Shown here: positions 17,377 to 26,678 of the stretch, piece after piece | Layout of the letters: each line of letters begins with the position of its first letter | How positions within the stretch are numbered: position 1 is the first letter of the stretch | Assembly: GCA_003568775.1 (NCBI GenBank) | Contig: MWMI01000002.1 | Location: 67,161 to 99,160 of the forward strand | DNA from: Candidatus Nanoclepta minutus | GTDB lineage: Archaea > Nanobdellota > Nanobdellia > Nanobdellales > Nanobdellaceae | Reading direction: 5' to 3' | Length of the DNA: 32,000 bases | Position numbers and translations under genes: made by a program | The notes under the pieces: model-generated | What the model was told of the DNA's origin: nothing | What the model saw: only the letters and a program-made list of their open reading frames with translations | The model's database searches: none

Positions 17377-19648
17377 ACCTATCCAACCTTACTACAGTTC
17401 CACTCATCTTTTCCTTAAATAGCTCATCATGCGTACATAAAATTATCTGATAACCTTCTAAGGAATCTAAGAGTTCTGCCAATGAAAACCTAACGTTTTC
17501 GTCTAAAGATTCCGTAGGTTCATCTAGCATGAGAACCTTAAAGTTGGGATTTATGATCGATGCTAGGGATAACCTCAAGGCTAAGTCTAATATTTTGGTC
17601 TGACCTCCACTTAGACCAGCCTCCCCAACATTCTTGTATATTATTTTGCCATCAACGTTCTTAGCTACAACTATATCGAATATCCTTTCCCTATTTCTTC
17701 CATACTTTAAGTCTATCCTTACATCTATTATATCTTCATACCTATACAATCTCCTAAAATGCCTCCTAAACTCTTCGGATAGCCTTACTGTCTTACTCTG
17801 CCTAAGTTTTTCTATAAATCTAGTTAAACCGATTTGTAGACTATTTAATAAACTTATATTCTTCCTAATCTTTCTTATCTTTTCATTTAATGAGTTATAC
17901 TTATCTAACTTTTCTAAATAAATCTTGTATAGTTCAGGTTTAAAGTTCTCATATTTCTTTAGCTCTTCGTCTAATTTCTTAATCTCATTCTCTAAATCAT
18001 ACAGAGATCTAAATCCTAACTCTTCCATAATCTTATTGTATCTATCTAAATTCTTCTTCATTATATCTATTGAAGATATTTTCTTCATTATTTCTTTCAT
18101 TTCTGTAGATAAATTATTTAACTCCTCTGAAATCTTAGAAATTGCATTATCTATATCCTTTAGTTTTAAATAACTTATAGAGCCATTTATTATTTCATAT
18201 TCATCCATCAACTTAAGTTTTCCTCTTATAACTTCAATTTCACTATTTATTTTATTTAGTTCATCTTCTAACTTATCTATAGGTATATTATATTCCAATA
18301 GTTTTTCATTGATATACTTGTATCTAATATATTTCTGCTCCATTTCCTTTATCTCCTGTCTCTTCTTCAACAGATCCGATTCTATATTTTTTATATCTTC
18401 ATTAAGTTTGTTCATTTCTCTCCTATATTCATCAAGTAGAGCATTAACTTCTTCTTGATTAAGGGGTTTTCTACAAACTGGACAATTCTTCTCCTTAGAA
18501 CCCTCCAAGATTTCTATTATTTTCATTATATTCTTAACTTTATTCTTCTCTTCTGCTAATCTATTATTTATTTCCTCTATATCATTCTTAATATTATTAT
18601 ATTTCTCTTCTACACCAACTAAACCAATAAATTCTTTTATTAAATTACTTTTTTCCGTTAAATTATTTAATTTAACCAACAAATCTGCTCTATCTAAATC
18701 TTTTATTTTCTCTTCTATATCCTTTAGCATTTTCTCAAGCTCTTCAATACTTTTCTTAATAAAATCTTCCGAATATTTGTTATATTTAAGGTTATTCTTC
18801 TCAGATTTCAGTGTAAGTAACTTCTGATTTAAGATATTATACTTCTCCTCCATTTCCTTATACCTATCTGATAGGAACCTCTCTTGAGAGATCAACTTAC
18901 TATCTATAGAGGAATAAAGTATCTTCGCATCCCTATACTTCTCATACAATTCCTCCCTCCTCTTTTTGATTGATGTATATTCCTTATAAACCTTATCTAA
19001 ATCCTCTACCTTCATTCCCCCAAATATATTGCTGAACTCTTCTATATCTCTAGATAAACTATATTTTTCTCTCTCTAGATATTCTAATTCTTTATTTAAA
19101 TCCCTTATCAATCCCTGTACAATATCTAAATAGTTCGAATATGTCTTTATATCAAACAACTCTTCCAATATATTTGTAAGACCTGATTTTCCAGACAAGC
19201 TAATGAACCTCCCCAAATCACCCTGTCTTATATACAGAACATTGAGTATCTTATTTATATTATCTATCCTAAGTAGTTCCTTTATCTTCTTGTTCACCTG
19301 ATCACTACCGGACGATATAACTTTACCCCCCTCCTCTATAACTGCCTTGCTATCCCCAGAAGATGAGATAGTCCTTAGGATAGAATACCTCCTCCCATCT
19401 TTGTCCTCTATTTCTAATATTAACTTTGCAGATGGAGATAGATGTCTAATCAAAGAGCTTGATTCGTTAACTCCAACCCAGGATAAACTATCCCTTTCAA
19501 ATCCAAACAATGAAACAATTATAGCATGGAATATAGAAGACTTCCCAGTACCATTTTCCCCTATTATTAAGTTTTTCTTATAGTCAAAAAATAACTCTCT
19601 CTTCTTATGTCCCTTGAAGTTCTCCAAATATAATCTTACTATCCTCAT
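17369..19648 (-). CDS. rad50: Rad50 DNA double-strand break repair ATPase
   Basis: N-terminal MRIVRLYLENFKGHKKRELFFDYKKNLIIGENGTGKSSIFHAI, zinc-hook CPVC (KEKNCPVCRKPL), long coiled coils, signature LSGGQTKILDLALRLSLA, LMLDEPTESLDEN. Confidence 0.96.
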   Translation of the reverse strand: MRIVRLYLENFKGHKKRELFFDYKKNLIIGENGTGKSSIFHAIIVSLFGFERDSLSWVGVNESSSLIRHLSPSAKLILEIEDKDGRRYSILRTISSSGDSKAVIEEGGKVISSGSDQVNKKIKELLRIDNINKILNVLYIRQGDLGRFISLSGKSGLTNILEELFDIKTYSNYLDIVQGLIRDLNKELEYLEREKYSLSRDIEEFSNIFGGMKVEDLDKVYKEYTSIKKRREELYEKYRDAKILYSSIDSKLISQERFLSDRYKEMEEKYNILNQKLLTLKSEKNNLKYNKYSEDFIKKSIEELEKMLKDIEEKIKDLDRADLLVKLNNLTEKSNLIKEFIGLVGVEEKYNNIKNDIEEINNRLAEEKNKVKNIMKIIEILEGSKEKNCPVCRKPLNQEEVNALLDEYRREMNKLNEDIKNIESDLLKKRQEIKEMEQKYIRYKYINEKLLEYNIPIDKLEDELNKINSEIEVIRGKLKLMDEYEIINGSISYLKLKDIDNAISKISEELNNLSTEMKEIMKKISSIDIMKKNLDRYNKIMEELGFRSLYDLENEIKKLDEELKKYENFKPELYKIYLEKLDKYNSLNEKIRKIRKNISLLNSLQIGLTRFIEKLRQSKTVRLSEEFRRHFRRLYRYEDIIDVRIDLKYGRNRERIFDIVVAKNVDGKIIYKNVGEAGLSGGQTKILDLALRLSLASIINPNFKVLMLDEPTESLDENVRFSLAELLDSLEGYQIILCTHDELFKEKMSGTVVRLDRST

Positions 19649-20790
19649 ACTAGTTCTTTAAACATCAAATCCCTTATCCTCTCAATATTCCTGCCTTCCT
19701 CATCAGAATACTCTTCATAGAAATACTTTAACTTCTGTAAAATCTCCATAATAGACTTCTTATCTTCATCTGATACTAAAAGCTGTGATAGTACATCCTC
19801 AAAGATCAAATTATCCTCCTTTATCACTATCTCTTCTTCAATATCCGAGGGATAATATTCGTCAATTATCAGGTATCCACTGGAAATTAAACTATCGATG
19901 GATCTCCTAATAGAATCGTAAAGGTCTCTCCTATACCTTACCCTAACCTTTATTAGGCTTTCCTTCGATTTTTTATAAACTTCCTCATATAGTTCGTTTA
20001 TATCCCCCTCCTTCTCTATATGCTTCTCTATTATTGAGACCTTCCTAGCCCCTGTAGGTATGAACTTATAGTTAGAATCCTCAAAGTAAAAGAAACCTTT
20101 CTCAAACTTTTCTTCGATCGGAGATATTTCTGTCCTTTCCGTTGATCCTGGCAAAGAAAAGATCTTTTCATCTATCTTTGTAATAAAACTATTGTGGAAA
20201 TGTCCAAATGCATAAAAATCTACATCAGGGAATTTATCCTGTCCTATTATCCTAGGCTCCTTAGAATATTTCTCCAATAATCCTTCTGGAACGACGTTAG
20301 ATACACCATGGAATAATAGGATAGAATATCCCGTCTTGTCAACCTTCATTTCCTTCAAGATCTTTTCATATATAAATTTAAGCTCATCCCCCGATAAGTT
20401 TGATGGTTCAGATATACCATAAATATAGAAATCCTTAATAACTATGGGCTCCCTCTCATTTGCTTCTATAATGAGACCTAACTTCTTCAATATCTCAACT
20501 GTATTCTGCTTTTGTCCCTTATTATCATGATTTCCCTTAATGAATATGAAAGGTATACCCTTCTCCTTCAACTTAAAGAGGATATCTAAGATATCCAATA
20601 TATATCTAGAAGAAATCCTGAAATAGTCATCAAGGAAATCACCAGAATGAATTATAAAATCTACATTTTCCTTAATCGCAAAATCTACAACCTTCTTAAA
20701 TGCCTCCAAAAAATCCCTCTTTCTTATTTCCCTATAAGTTACTGGAACTTCACACCCCAGATGAGTATCAGATACATGTATAAACTTCAT
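19645..20790 (-). CDS. mre11: Mre11 nuclease
   Basis: FIHVSDTHLGCEV, DFIIHSGDFLDDY, FIKGNHDN, LFHGVS, FGHFHNS; directly upstream of and overlapping rad50 by 4 nt. Confidence 0.95.
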   Translation of the reverse strand: MKFIHVSDTHLGCEVPVTYREIRKRDFLEAFKKVVDFAIKENVDFIIHSGDFLDDYFRISSRYILDILDILFKLKEKGIPFIFIKGNHDNKGQKQNTVEILKKLGLIIEANEREPIVIKDFYIYGISEPSNLSGDELKFIYEKILKEMKVDKTGYSILLFHGVSNVVPEGLLEKYSKEPRIIGQDKFPDVDFYAFGHFHNSFITKIDEKIFSLPGSTERTEISPIEEKFEKGFFYFEDSNYKFIPTGARKVSIIEKHIEKEGDINELYEEVYKKSKESLIKVRVRYRRDLYDSIRRSIDSLISSGYLIIDEYYPSDIEEEIVIKEDNLIFEDVLSQLLVSDEDKKSIMEILQKLKYFYEEYSDEEGRNIERIRDLMFKELV

Positions 20791-20810
20791 ACTAATTTTT
20801 ACCTAAAAAA

Positions 20811-21257
20811 CTATAAATTACTTACTTCCTTGAGGTATCTCTCAAAAAAATCCCTAACTTTCTCCTTATCCTTCCCATATCCATCTATACTTATCTTCAA
20901 ATGGAAGACATCGTCTCCGTATAAAGGAAAGACTTTGTCTTTTTCCAATAAATAACTCTTATCTAGTCTTACGTATATATTGTAGTCTTCATCAAAATTC
21001 ATTTCATCCAAGAACCTATCAATATCCAAACCCCTCTTTATGAGATTTCTAAAGAAAGTATGAATATGTTCCTTCTTCTTTATCTTTACGGATATGTAGA
21101 TTAGATTTGAACTTACTATACCCTCTCCTCTATTTTCTATTATATCTACCTTCTCTTTATCTATACCTTCTAATAAATCAAGGACTTTTTCCTTAATTTT
21201 ATTATAATCCTCTCCTTCATGTACTATCACGCTGAGTTTTACTTCAGATACTCTCAT
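20811..21257 (-). CDS. RNA-binding protein of the COG1325/DUF54 type
   Basis: EVKLSVIVHEGEDYNKIKEKVLDLL...ENRGEGIVSSNLIYISVKIKKKEHIHTFFRNLI...LFPLYGDDVFHLKISIDGY resembles this archaeal family, and the gene is next to mre11. Confidence 0.65.
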   Translation of the reverse strand: MRVSEVKLSVIVHEGEDYNKIKEKVLDLLEGIDKEKVDIIENRGEGIVSSNLIYISVKIKKKEHIHTFFRNLIKRGLDIDRFLDEMNFDEDYNIYVRLDKSYLLEKDKVFPLYGDDVFHLKISIDGYGKDKEKVRDFFERYLKEVSNL

Positions 21258-21360
21258 AATATCAGAATTACTTACATCTTTTTTAAGAAAAACATCCCTG
21301 ACTTTATCAGATAAACTTATAGAAAAATGTTATTTAATTTTATAAAAGATAATATTATTT

Positions 21361-21792
21361 ATGAAGGGACAAGGCTTACCTTTTAGTACCATTGTCCTAG
21401 CAATAATATCCGTACTGATTCTAGTCTTAATAGTATTTTTTGTAACTGGAGGTTTTAGCAGGATATTTCCAGCAACAACACAATATATAGTAACCGATAT
21501 ACAAACTGCAAGGACAAAATGTCAGCAACTTCTAGCAGATGCTCAGCTAAGACTTAGTGCCTCTACAAATCCTAATAGCGATTTTAAACAAACAGAGTAT
21601 TGTAAAGTTCAATTTAACATAAGTAGCATAAGTAAAGAGGCTTTAAAATGCTTCTCCCCAGAGATCGGGGTATATGCAAACTTCCGTATTACCACACTAT
21701 TCGGAGAAGTTTACCGTTGTTACACAATACCATCATCAAAAACAACTGAAGGCTGTACATGTGAGAAGGAAGTGGAGGATCACCTACCTTAA
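21361..21792 (+). CDS. Pilin-like secreted/membrane-anchored protein
   Basis: N-terminus MKGQGLPFSTIVLAIISVLILVLIVFFVTGG resembles a class III prepilin signal (KG|Q + hydrophobic helix), followed by a Cys-containing ectodomain. Confidence 0.7.
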   Translation: MKGQGLPFSTIVLAIISVLILVLIVFFVTGGFSRIFPATTQYIVTDIQTARTKCQQLLADAQLRLSASTNPNSDFKQTEYCKVQFNISSISKEALKCFSPEIGVYANFRITTLFGEVYRCYTIPSSKTTEGCTCEKEVEDHLP

Positions 21793-21854
21793 GCGGATCA
21801 AATACCCAACCAGGCAGATCATCTCCCGCAAACCCGGCTACATAACCGTCCGCC
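21793..21854. ncRNA. Candidate small structured RNA (GC-rich island, strand undetermined)
   Basis: About 58% G+C (36/62 by hand count) in an AT-rich intergenic region; outer helix GCGGA/TCCGC (21793-21797/21849-21853), an internal CGG...CCG hairpin (21835-21848) and a GGcAGA-tca-TCTcCC hairpin. Overlapping ORF uses codons (CGG, CGC, CGA) that are rare here. Confidence 0.3.
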
Positions 21855-21900
21855 ATCGACAAGTTCCTAAGGTTATAAAGGCTCTATCAAAATATTTTTT

Positions 21901-22593
21901 ATGATTCCTCTTTCTCAAAAAAAGAGAGAGATAGCAGACATCTTAGGCCTATCTTTAAAAGAACTGGATGATTTAGTAAAACAAAAAATAAATGAATATT
22001 ATGGATATATAGATGATAACACAGCTCTAATGATAATCTTGAAGGAGAACAACTTAGATCCTTCAATTTTGTTAAAAGTTAAAATTTCTGATTTAAGTTA
22101 TAGGATGAAAGTAAAAAGGATATTTGTAAAAATTGGAAAAGTCCTAATAAAAAAAGAAAATCTGCTTATTCTTGAAGTATACGATAGTACCGGAAAAGTA
22201 AAACTAATATTTAAAGGTAACTATAGGAAAATAGAGGACTTGCTAAAGGAAGGAAATGTTGTAGAGATAAGAAATGCAATAGTACTAAAAAACTTGACCT
22301 TAGCACTATTTATAAACAACGACATACTAGTAAGGGAAGTTAAGGATGAAAAAGTTTTAGAAGAATTTGAAAAGTTAGATTATGAAGGTTTAAGATATGT
22401 AACGGAATTCATCTGCAAAGTACTGGATAGAAAAGAGGATTCATATGAAGTTCTAACTGAAAGCTTTAATAGGATATATATTAAGACTAATGAGAGATTG
22501 GAAATAGGAAAAAATTACATAATAAAATGCTACCTAACCAAACCCTTAACCCTCATTAACTATAAGTTACTTGAATCCTATGATCTTAGCTAA
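21901..22593 (+). CDS. RPA-like single-stranded nucleic-acid-binding protein (OB fold)
   Basis: N-terminus LGLSLKELDDLVKQKINEYYGYIDDNTALMIILKENNLD resembles archaeal RPA, followed by an OB-fold pattern (MKVKRIFVKIGKVLIKKENLLILEVYDSTGKVKLIFKGN). Confidence 0.65.
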   Translation: MIPLSQKKREIADILGLSLKELDDLVKQKINEYYGYIDDNTALMIILKENNLDPSILLKVKISDLSYRMKVKRIFVKIGKVLIKKENLLILEVYDSTGKVKLIFKGNYRKIEDLLKEGNVVEIRNAIVLKNLTLALFINNDILVREVKDEKVLEEFEKLDYEGLRYVTEFICKVLDRKEDSYEVLTESFNRIYIKTNERLEIGKNYIIKCYLTKPLTLINYKLLESYDLS

Positions 22594-24405
22594 TTCTTCA
22601 GGTGAGTAATAATATAACCTCAAATACTCTGCAATCCTCCTATAATTCCTTATCCTATTGTTGTATAAATACTCCAAAACCTTTATCTTAAAGTCTAGGT
22701 TTGCCTTAAGCTCTTCAAAAGTCATATTATGGAACTCTGCAATTTTCTTTAGTTTATAACTATCATACAAAACGAATCCATCCGTTTTAGGATCCCAACT
22801 AGAAACCATGGTCTTTAACACTTTAGCTCTCTTATGATCATACCTTATAATTTCGTATATCTTATCTATCCTTCTAACGTATTTTCCCTTATATCTTGCC
22901 CTCCTAAGGAAAACCACCGCATCTAGGATCTCAATTAAGAATGGAGGTAAACTTATAGGTGGAGAAATTAACCTATCTACCAAACCTTCAAAGCTTTCAG
23001 CATGAATGGTACCCATACCAGCATGACCTGTAGCCATTGCCTGGAAGAGTATGAAGGCTTCCTGTCCTCTAACTTCTCCAACTATTATATAATCTGGTCT
23101 TTGCCTTAAAGATGCTTTTAATAGATCGTATAATGTTACCTCACCATACCTCTGCGGACCGAAACCTGGCCTAGCTACTTCCTGCAGCCAGTTAGGATGA
23201 GGTAACATAAGCTCTGGAGTATCCTCAATTGAAACTATCTTTTTCTCTGGCTTTATAAAAAGAGAAATAGCGTTCAATAGTGATGTCTTACCAGATGCTG
23301 TACCACCCGCTACCAATACCGATTTCTCTTCCTCAATTAAGGTCCATAGGTAAGCTAATATCCTAAAATCTGCAGTACCATAATTCAATAGATCTATAGG
23401 GGTAAAAGGATCCTGTGTGAACTTTCTTACTGTAAAAGAAGATCCTTTCCTCGATATCTCTTTTCCATAGGTTATCTGGACTCTTGAACCATCTGGCAAT
23501 GCTGCATCTAGTAATGGAGAAGCTATAGATATATATCTTCCAGTCCTTATTGCTAATTTTATAACAAAATTATCCAATTCTTCCTCGTCTTCGAAAGTAA
23601 TATTAGTCTTTATCTCCCCAATCAACGGGTTCCTATGGAATATAAATATAGGTATATTAACACCGTTGCAGGAGATATCCTCTATATAAATATCCCTCAT
23701 CAGTACATCTATCTTACCATAACCGATAGTATCCCTCAAGATATAGTATAAGATATATGGCTCTGCTTCCTTCCTTACATTTATCCTTCTAAGCTTCCAT
23801 ATTTCTCTAGATTTCTTTATTATATAATTCCTCACAAATTCCTTATCTCTAACTTCTAGGTACGGAATATCTATTTTTCTCTCTATTTCCTTTAAAGTTA
23901 AAGATACTATTTCCCTTTCCTTTTCTTCAAGCCTGGGCTCGATTACACTATATATGAATTCTCTATTTTCAGGATCCCAGTCTATTCTGGCTTTTGCCAT
24001 CTCATATATTCTTCCATCTATTTCCTCTTTTGTAACAACATATTCCATCTCTACATCTTTTCCACCCTTTCCGTATAGATAGAGGAAGAACTTCAGTTTT
24101 TCCTCATCCGATATACCTCTCTCCTTTATAGAACTCAAAGGAAATGCACCTTTTACCCTTTTTTTCTTCTTTTTTTTCTTAGGAATTACAGTACTAATTG
24201 TAAGATTCTGAATAGTTGGAAAGACAGGTACTATAGCTTGAGGGGGATAGTATAACTGTTTATTGCTTAAGTTTTCGACTGGTTTTACTTCTATAGCTTC
24301 CTTTTTCTCCTTACCACGGAGTTTATTTAACTTTTTTCTAATAATGAACTTTCTTTTTTCCTTTTCTGCCAATCTCCTAATAATAAGGTCTATAAAATCT
24401 TCCAT
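22567..24405 (-). CDS. Type II/IV secretion system ATPase (GspE/PilB/FlaI-like)
   Basis: Walker A VLVAGGTASGKTSLLNAISLFI, IVSIEDTPELMLPHPNW, SLRQRPDYIIVGEVRGQEAFILFQAMATGHAGMGTIHAES, GSRVQITYGKEISRKGSSFTVRKF. Confidence 0.95.
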   Translation of the reverse strand: MEDFIDLIIRRLAEKEKRKFIIRKKLNKLRGKEKKEAIEVKPVENLSNKQLYYPPQAIVPVFPTIQNLTISTVIPKKKKKKKRVKGAFPLSSIKERGISDEEKLKFFLYLYGKGGKDVEMEYVVTKEEIDGRIYEMAKARIDWDPENREFIYSVIEPRLEEKEREIVSLTLKEIERKIDIPYLEVRDKEFVRNYIIKKSREIWKLRRINVRKEAEPYILYYILRDTIGYGKIDVLMRDIYIEDISCNGVNIPIFIFHRNPLIGEIKTNITFEDEEELDNFVIKLAIRTGRYISIASPLLDAALPDGSRVQITYGKEISRKGSSFTVRKFTQDPFTPIDLLNYGTADFRILAYLWTLIEEEKSVLVAGGTASGKTSLLNAISLFIKPEKKIVSIEDTPELMLPHPNWLQEVARPGFGPQRYGEVTLYDLLKASLRQRPDYIIVGEVRGQEAFILFQAMATGHAGMGTIHAESFEGLVDRLISPPISLPPFLIEILDAVVFLRRARYKGKYVRRIDKIYEIIRYDHKRAKVLKTMVSSWDPKTDGFVLYDSYKLKKIAEFHNMTFEELKANLDFKIKVLEYLYNNRIRNYRRIAEYLRLYYYSPEELAKIIGFK

Positions 24406-24450
24406 ATAATAAATTTTAGTTTATTTCTACAATTAAAAACTTTTGAGAGA

Positions 24451-24834
24451 CTATGGATAGAAAGTTAGATTGCTCGGGTAACTATATAAAAAGAAACTAC
24501 CTGTAGAAGTTAAATATGTATACTTTGAGAAAGGTCCCTCTGATAAGTTCAGAAAGTTTACCTTACTTCCAAAGGTAACATAGACTATATCCCCTTTAAC
24601 ATCTATATAACCAATTCCAACTATCCTCGGTTCAGAAACTACGTAGCAATACATCCTACCCAAGTATAGATTACCTAAGGCTATGCAGAAAACTACGTTG
24701 TTCCTAATATAGTTCCCTAGCAGAGTGTCCGAATAAAGATAAAGAGGAAAATTAGAAAATAGATTAGTTAAAAAGTAATATACAAAAAATAAGATCAAAG
24801 TTATTAATACTATCTCTAACGCTCTAGATGGCAT
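24451..24834 (-). CDS. Small membrane-anchored, pilin-like hypothetical protein
   Basis: N-terminal hydrophobic helix ALEIVLITLILFFVYYFL; in the secretion ATPase cluster. Confidence 0.6.
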   Translation of the reverse strand: MPSRALEIVLITLILFFVYYFLTNLFSNFPLYLYSDTLLGNYIRNNVVFCIALGNLYLGRMYCYVVSEPRIVGIGYIDVKGDIVYVTFGSKVNFLNLSEGPFSKYTYLTSTGSFFLYSYPSNLTFYP

Positions 24835-25662
24835 CTATGATGATATACTAATATCTACATATATCTCCCTTACAAGGTTATTACTACATACAGTAGAATT
24901 ATATGAGTTATCATAATATCTCCTATATGAAATAACTACTGGTATTTTTGTGGTTATCTGTGTAGCTGAAACACCATATGGAGATAACCTTATCCAAAAA
25001 CACTGACCGTTTTCCATGTTCACTATGGGTCTACAAGTTATCTCATATGATACCTCTCCACCAAGCTGAAGGGCATTTATGATACAGGGAGGAGATGTTC
25101 TATAATAGCCTGTCGGGTATCTAGGTAAGAACCTTAAATGAGTTCCGTTATAGATTATATCGAACACGTAATCCGATGTTATAACGTTATTTAAATTTCC
25201 TAAAGGAAGATCTACACTCTTATTAGATATTTCATCGATTATTCTAAAGCTTCCTGTACTTATAGTAATGTTTATATGGCTTCTATCACTACATAACTTT
25301 CCTGAATATGAAATGGTAAAGGTATCATTTGGACAGTATGTATACTCATCATAGTTCACAGGAACTTTTACTATTGAAGAATAATATTGTATCGGTATTT
25401 TTATTCTAAGTTGAATTAAATCTGGATCTATCTCAAAATAAGAGTTCTGTATATCTAACTGAAATGTTGATACTCCAAAATCTAAGGCTGTTTTTGAGAT
25501 CCTATCTGCAAAATCCGATAACTTTGATTCTACAGAAGATAATGTATTCCTAACATAGGACTTCTGTACCAGGGGAACAACATAGTTATACACGGTCAAG
25601 GCAACTCCCAAAACTACTGCACCTAAGAGAACGTACCCAACAATTTGCTCTTGAGATCTCAT
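24835..25662 (-). CDS. Pilin-like/membrane-anchored extracellular protein
   Basis: MRSQEQIVGYVLLGAVVLGVALTVYNYVVPLVQ N-terminal helix, Thr/Tyr/Ser-rich extracellular-looking remainder with several cysteines; directly adjacent to the previous gene. Confidence 0.62.
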   Translation of the reverse strand: MRSQEQIVGYVLLGAVVLGVALTVYNYVVPLVQKSYVRNTLSSVESKLSDFADRISKTALDFGVSTFQLDIQNSYFEIDPDLIQLRIKIPIQYYSSIVKVPVNYDEYTYCPNDTFTISYSGKLCSDRSHINITISTGSFRIIDEISNKSVDLPLGNLNNVITSDYVFDIIYNGTHLRFLPRYPTGYYRTSPPCIINALQLGGEVSYEITCRPIVNMENGQCFWIRLSPYGVSATQITTKIPVVISYRRYYDNSYNSTVCSNNLVREIYVDISISS

Positions 25663-25701
25663 ATAATTACATAAAATTAAAAAATTAATAAGTTTAAAAA
25701 A

Positions 25702-26181
25702 CTACGTAAACGTAACCTCTTTTGCCACAGCACCCATAGTAACTCTCAATACGTAATAGTTTAGTGTAATATTACCCACATTAGAGCAGGTAAAATTAAC
25801 TATTGTAGAAGATCCTACATTCAAAGTTCCTGATAAAGTAGTGTTTGTTGTACAAATGCTCTGCTTCCATACACCTACTTCAGGTGCAGTCCTATTATAA
25901 ACCGATACTGAAGCGTTTACCTGTGTTTTACTAAAATCTATATTAACAGAACCTGTATTCCTTATACTAACAGTAAAAATAAGATCAGAACCTGAAGGAG
26001 TGGTTCCAACAGGTGCTACGGAGAAATCGAACGCTGTTGATTGAAGTATTTGCTGTCCAGTTTGAGCAGTTAGCTGTGTTAACATACCACTCATCCATGT
26101 ATACATCAATGCAGCTATACCTACTGTCATGATGATTAAAAGTATTGTTGCAATAATCGGTGAAACTGATCTTTTCATCAT
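25702..26181 (-). CDS. Archaeal type IV pilin/flagellin-like protein (copy A)
   Basis: MMKRSVSPIIATILLIIMTVGIAALMYTWMSGML, the archaeal prepilin N-terminus (VSPIIATILLIxxTV). Confidence 0.9.
   Translation of the reverse strand: MMKRSVSPIIATILLIIMTVGIAALMYTWMSGMLTQLTAQTGQQILQSTAFDFSVAPVGTTPSGSDLIFTVSIRNTGSVNIDFSKTQVNASVSVYNRTAPEVGVWKQSICTTNTTLSGTLNVGSSTIVNFTCSNVGNITLNYYVLRVTMGAVAKEVTFT
26021..26181. repeat. Direct repeat unit A (161 nt), 158/161 identical to 26488-26648
   Basis: Base-by-base comparison of the 5' ends of the two pilin genes; only 3 substitutions. Confidence 0.95.
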
Positions 26182-26648
26182 TATCTAAAGATAACTTCTT
26201 TTGAAGTTGAGCCTATGGTAACTCTTAAAACATAATAATATCTGGATACATCTATATTAACACCACAGGTAAAAATAAACGATTTTGATTCTCCAACTGA
26301 TAGAGTACCGGTATTTATAGTTGAACAAGAAGACTGATTTACAACACCTGCTGCTGGATTCAACCTATCATAAACGGTTACTGCAGCTATAGCATTTGTT
26401 TTACTAAAATCTATATTAACAGCTCCTGTATTCCTTATACTTACAGAGAAAGTATTAGTACCATTGGGAGATGCAATAGGCGCAACAGAGAAATCGAATG
26501 CTGTTGATTGAAGTATTTGCTGTCCAGTTTGAGCAGTTAGCTGTGTTAGCATACCACTCATCCATGTATACATCAATGCAGCTATACCTACTGTCATGAT
26601 GATTAAGAGTATTGTTGCAATAATCGGTGAAACTGATCTTTTCATCAT
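26181..26648 (-). CDS. Archaeal type IV pilin/flagellin-like protein (copy B)
   Basis: Identical first ~57 aa to copy A, divergent but alignable C-terminus; 1-nt overlap with copy A. Confidence 0.9.
   Translation of the reverse strand: MMKRSVSPIIATILLIIMTVGIAALMYTWMSGMLTQLTAQTGQQILQSTAFDFSVAPIASPNGTNTFSVSIRNTGAVNIDFSKTNAIAAVTVYDRLNPAAGVVNQSSCSTINTGTLSVGESKSFIFTCGVNIDVSRYYYVLRVTIGSTSKEVIFR
26488..26648. repeat. Direct repeat unit B (161 nt), 158/161 identical to 26021-26181
   Basis: See unit A. Confidence 0.95.
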
Positions 26649-26678
26649 TATAGATTATAATCTCATTATTATTTAAAA

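Noticed and set aside
17634-19583. Plus-strand ORFs (17634-17921, 17925-18173, 19347-19583) within rad50
   Set aside because: Antisense shadow ORFs with Phe/Ser-rich composition; rad50 is unambiguous on the minus strand.
20647-20955. Plus-strand 102-aa ORF across the mre11/RNA-binding gene junction
   Set aside because: Antisense to two well-supported genes; composition is non-coding-like.
21793-21854. GC-rich island as a tRNA or split-tRNA half
   Set aside because: No recognisable T-loop consensus (GGTTCRANNCC) or D-arm/anticodon geometry on either strand.
21674-21904. 76-aa plus-strand ORF overlapping the pilin-like gene and the GC-rich island
   Set aside because: Overlaps a better ORF out of frame, has unusual CGN-rich codon usage, and lacks protein-like composition in its first half; the structured-RNA explanation is preferred.
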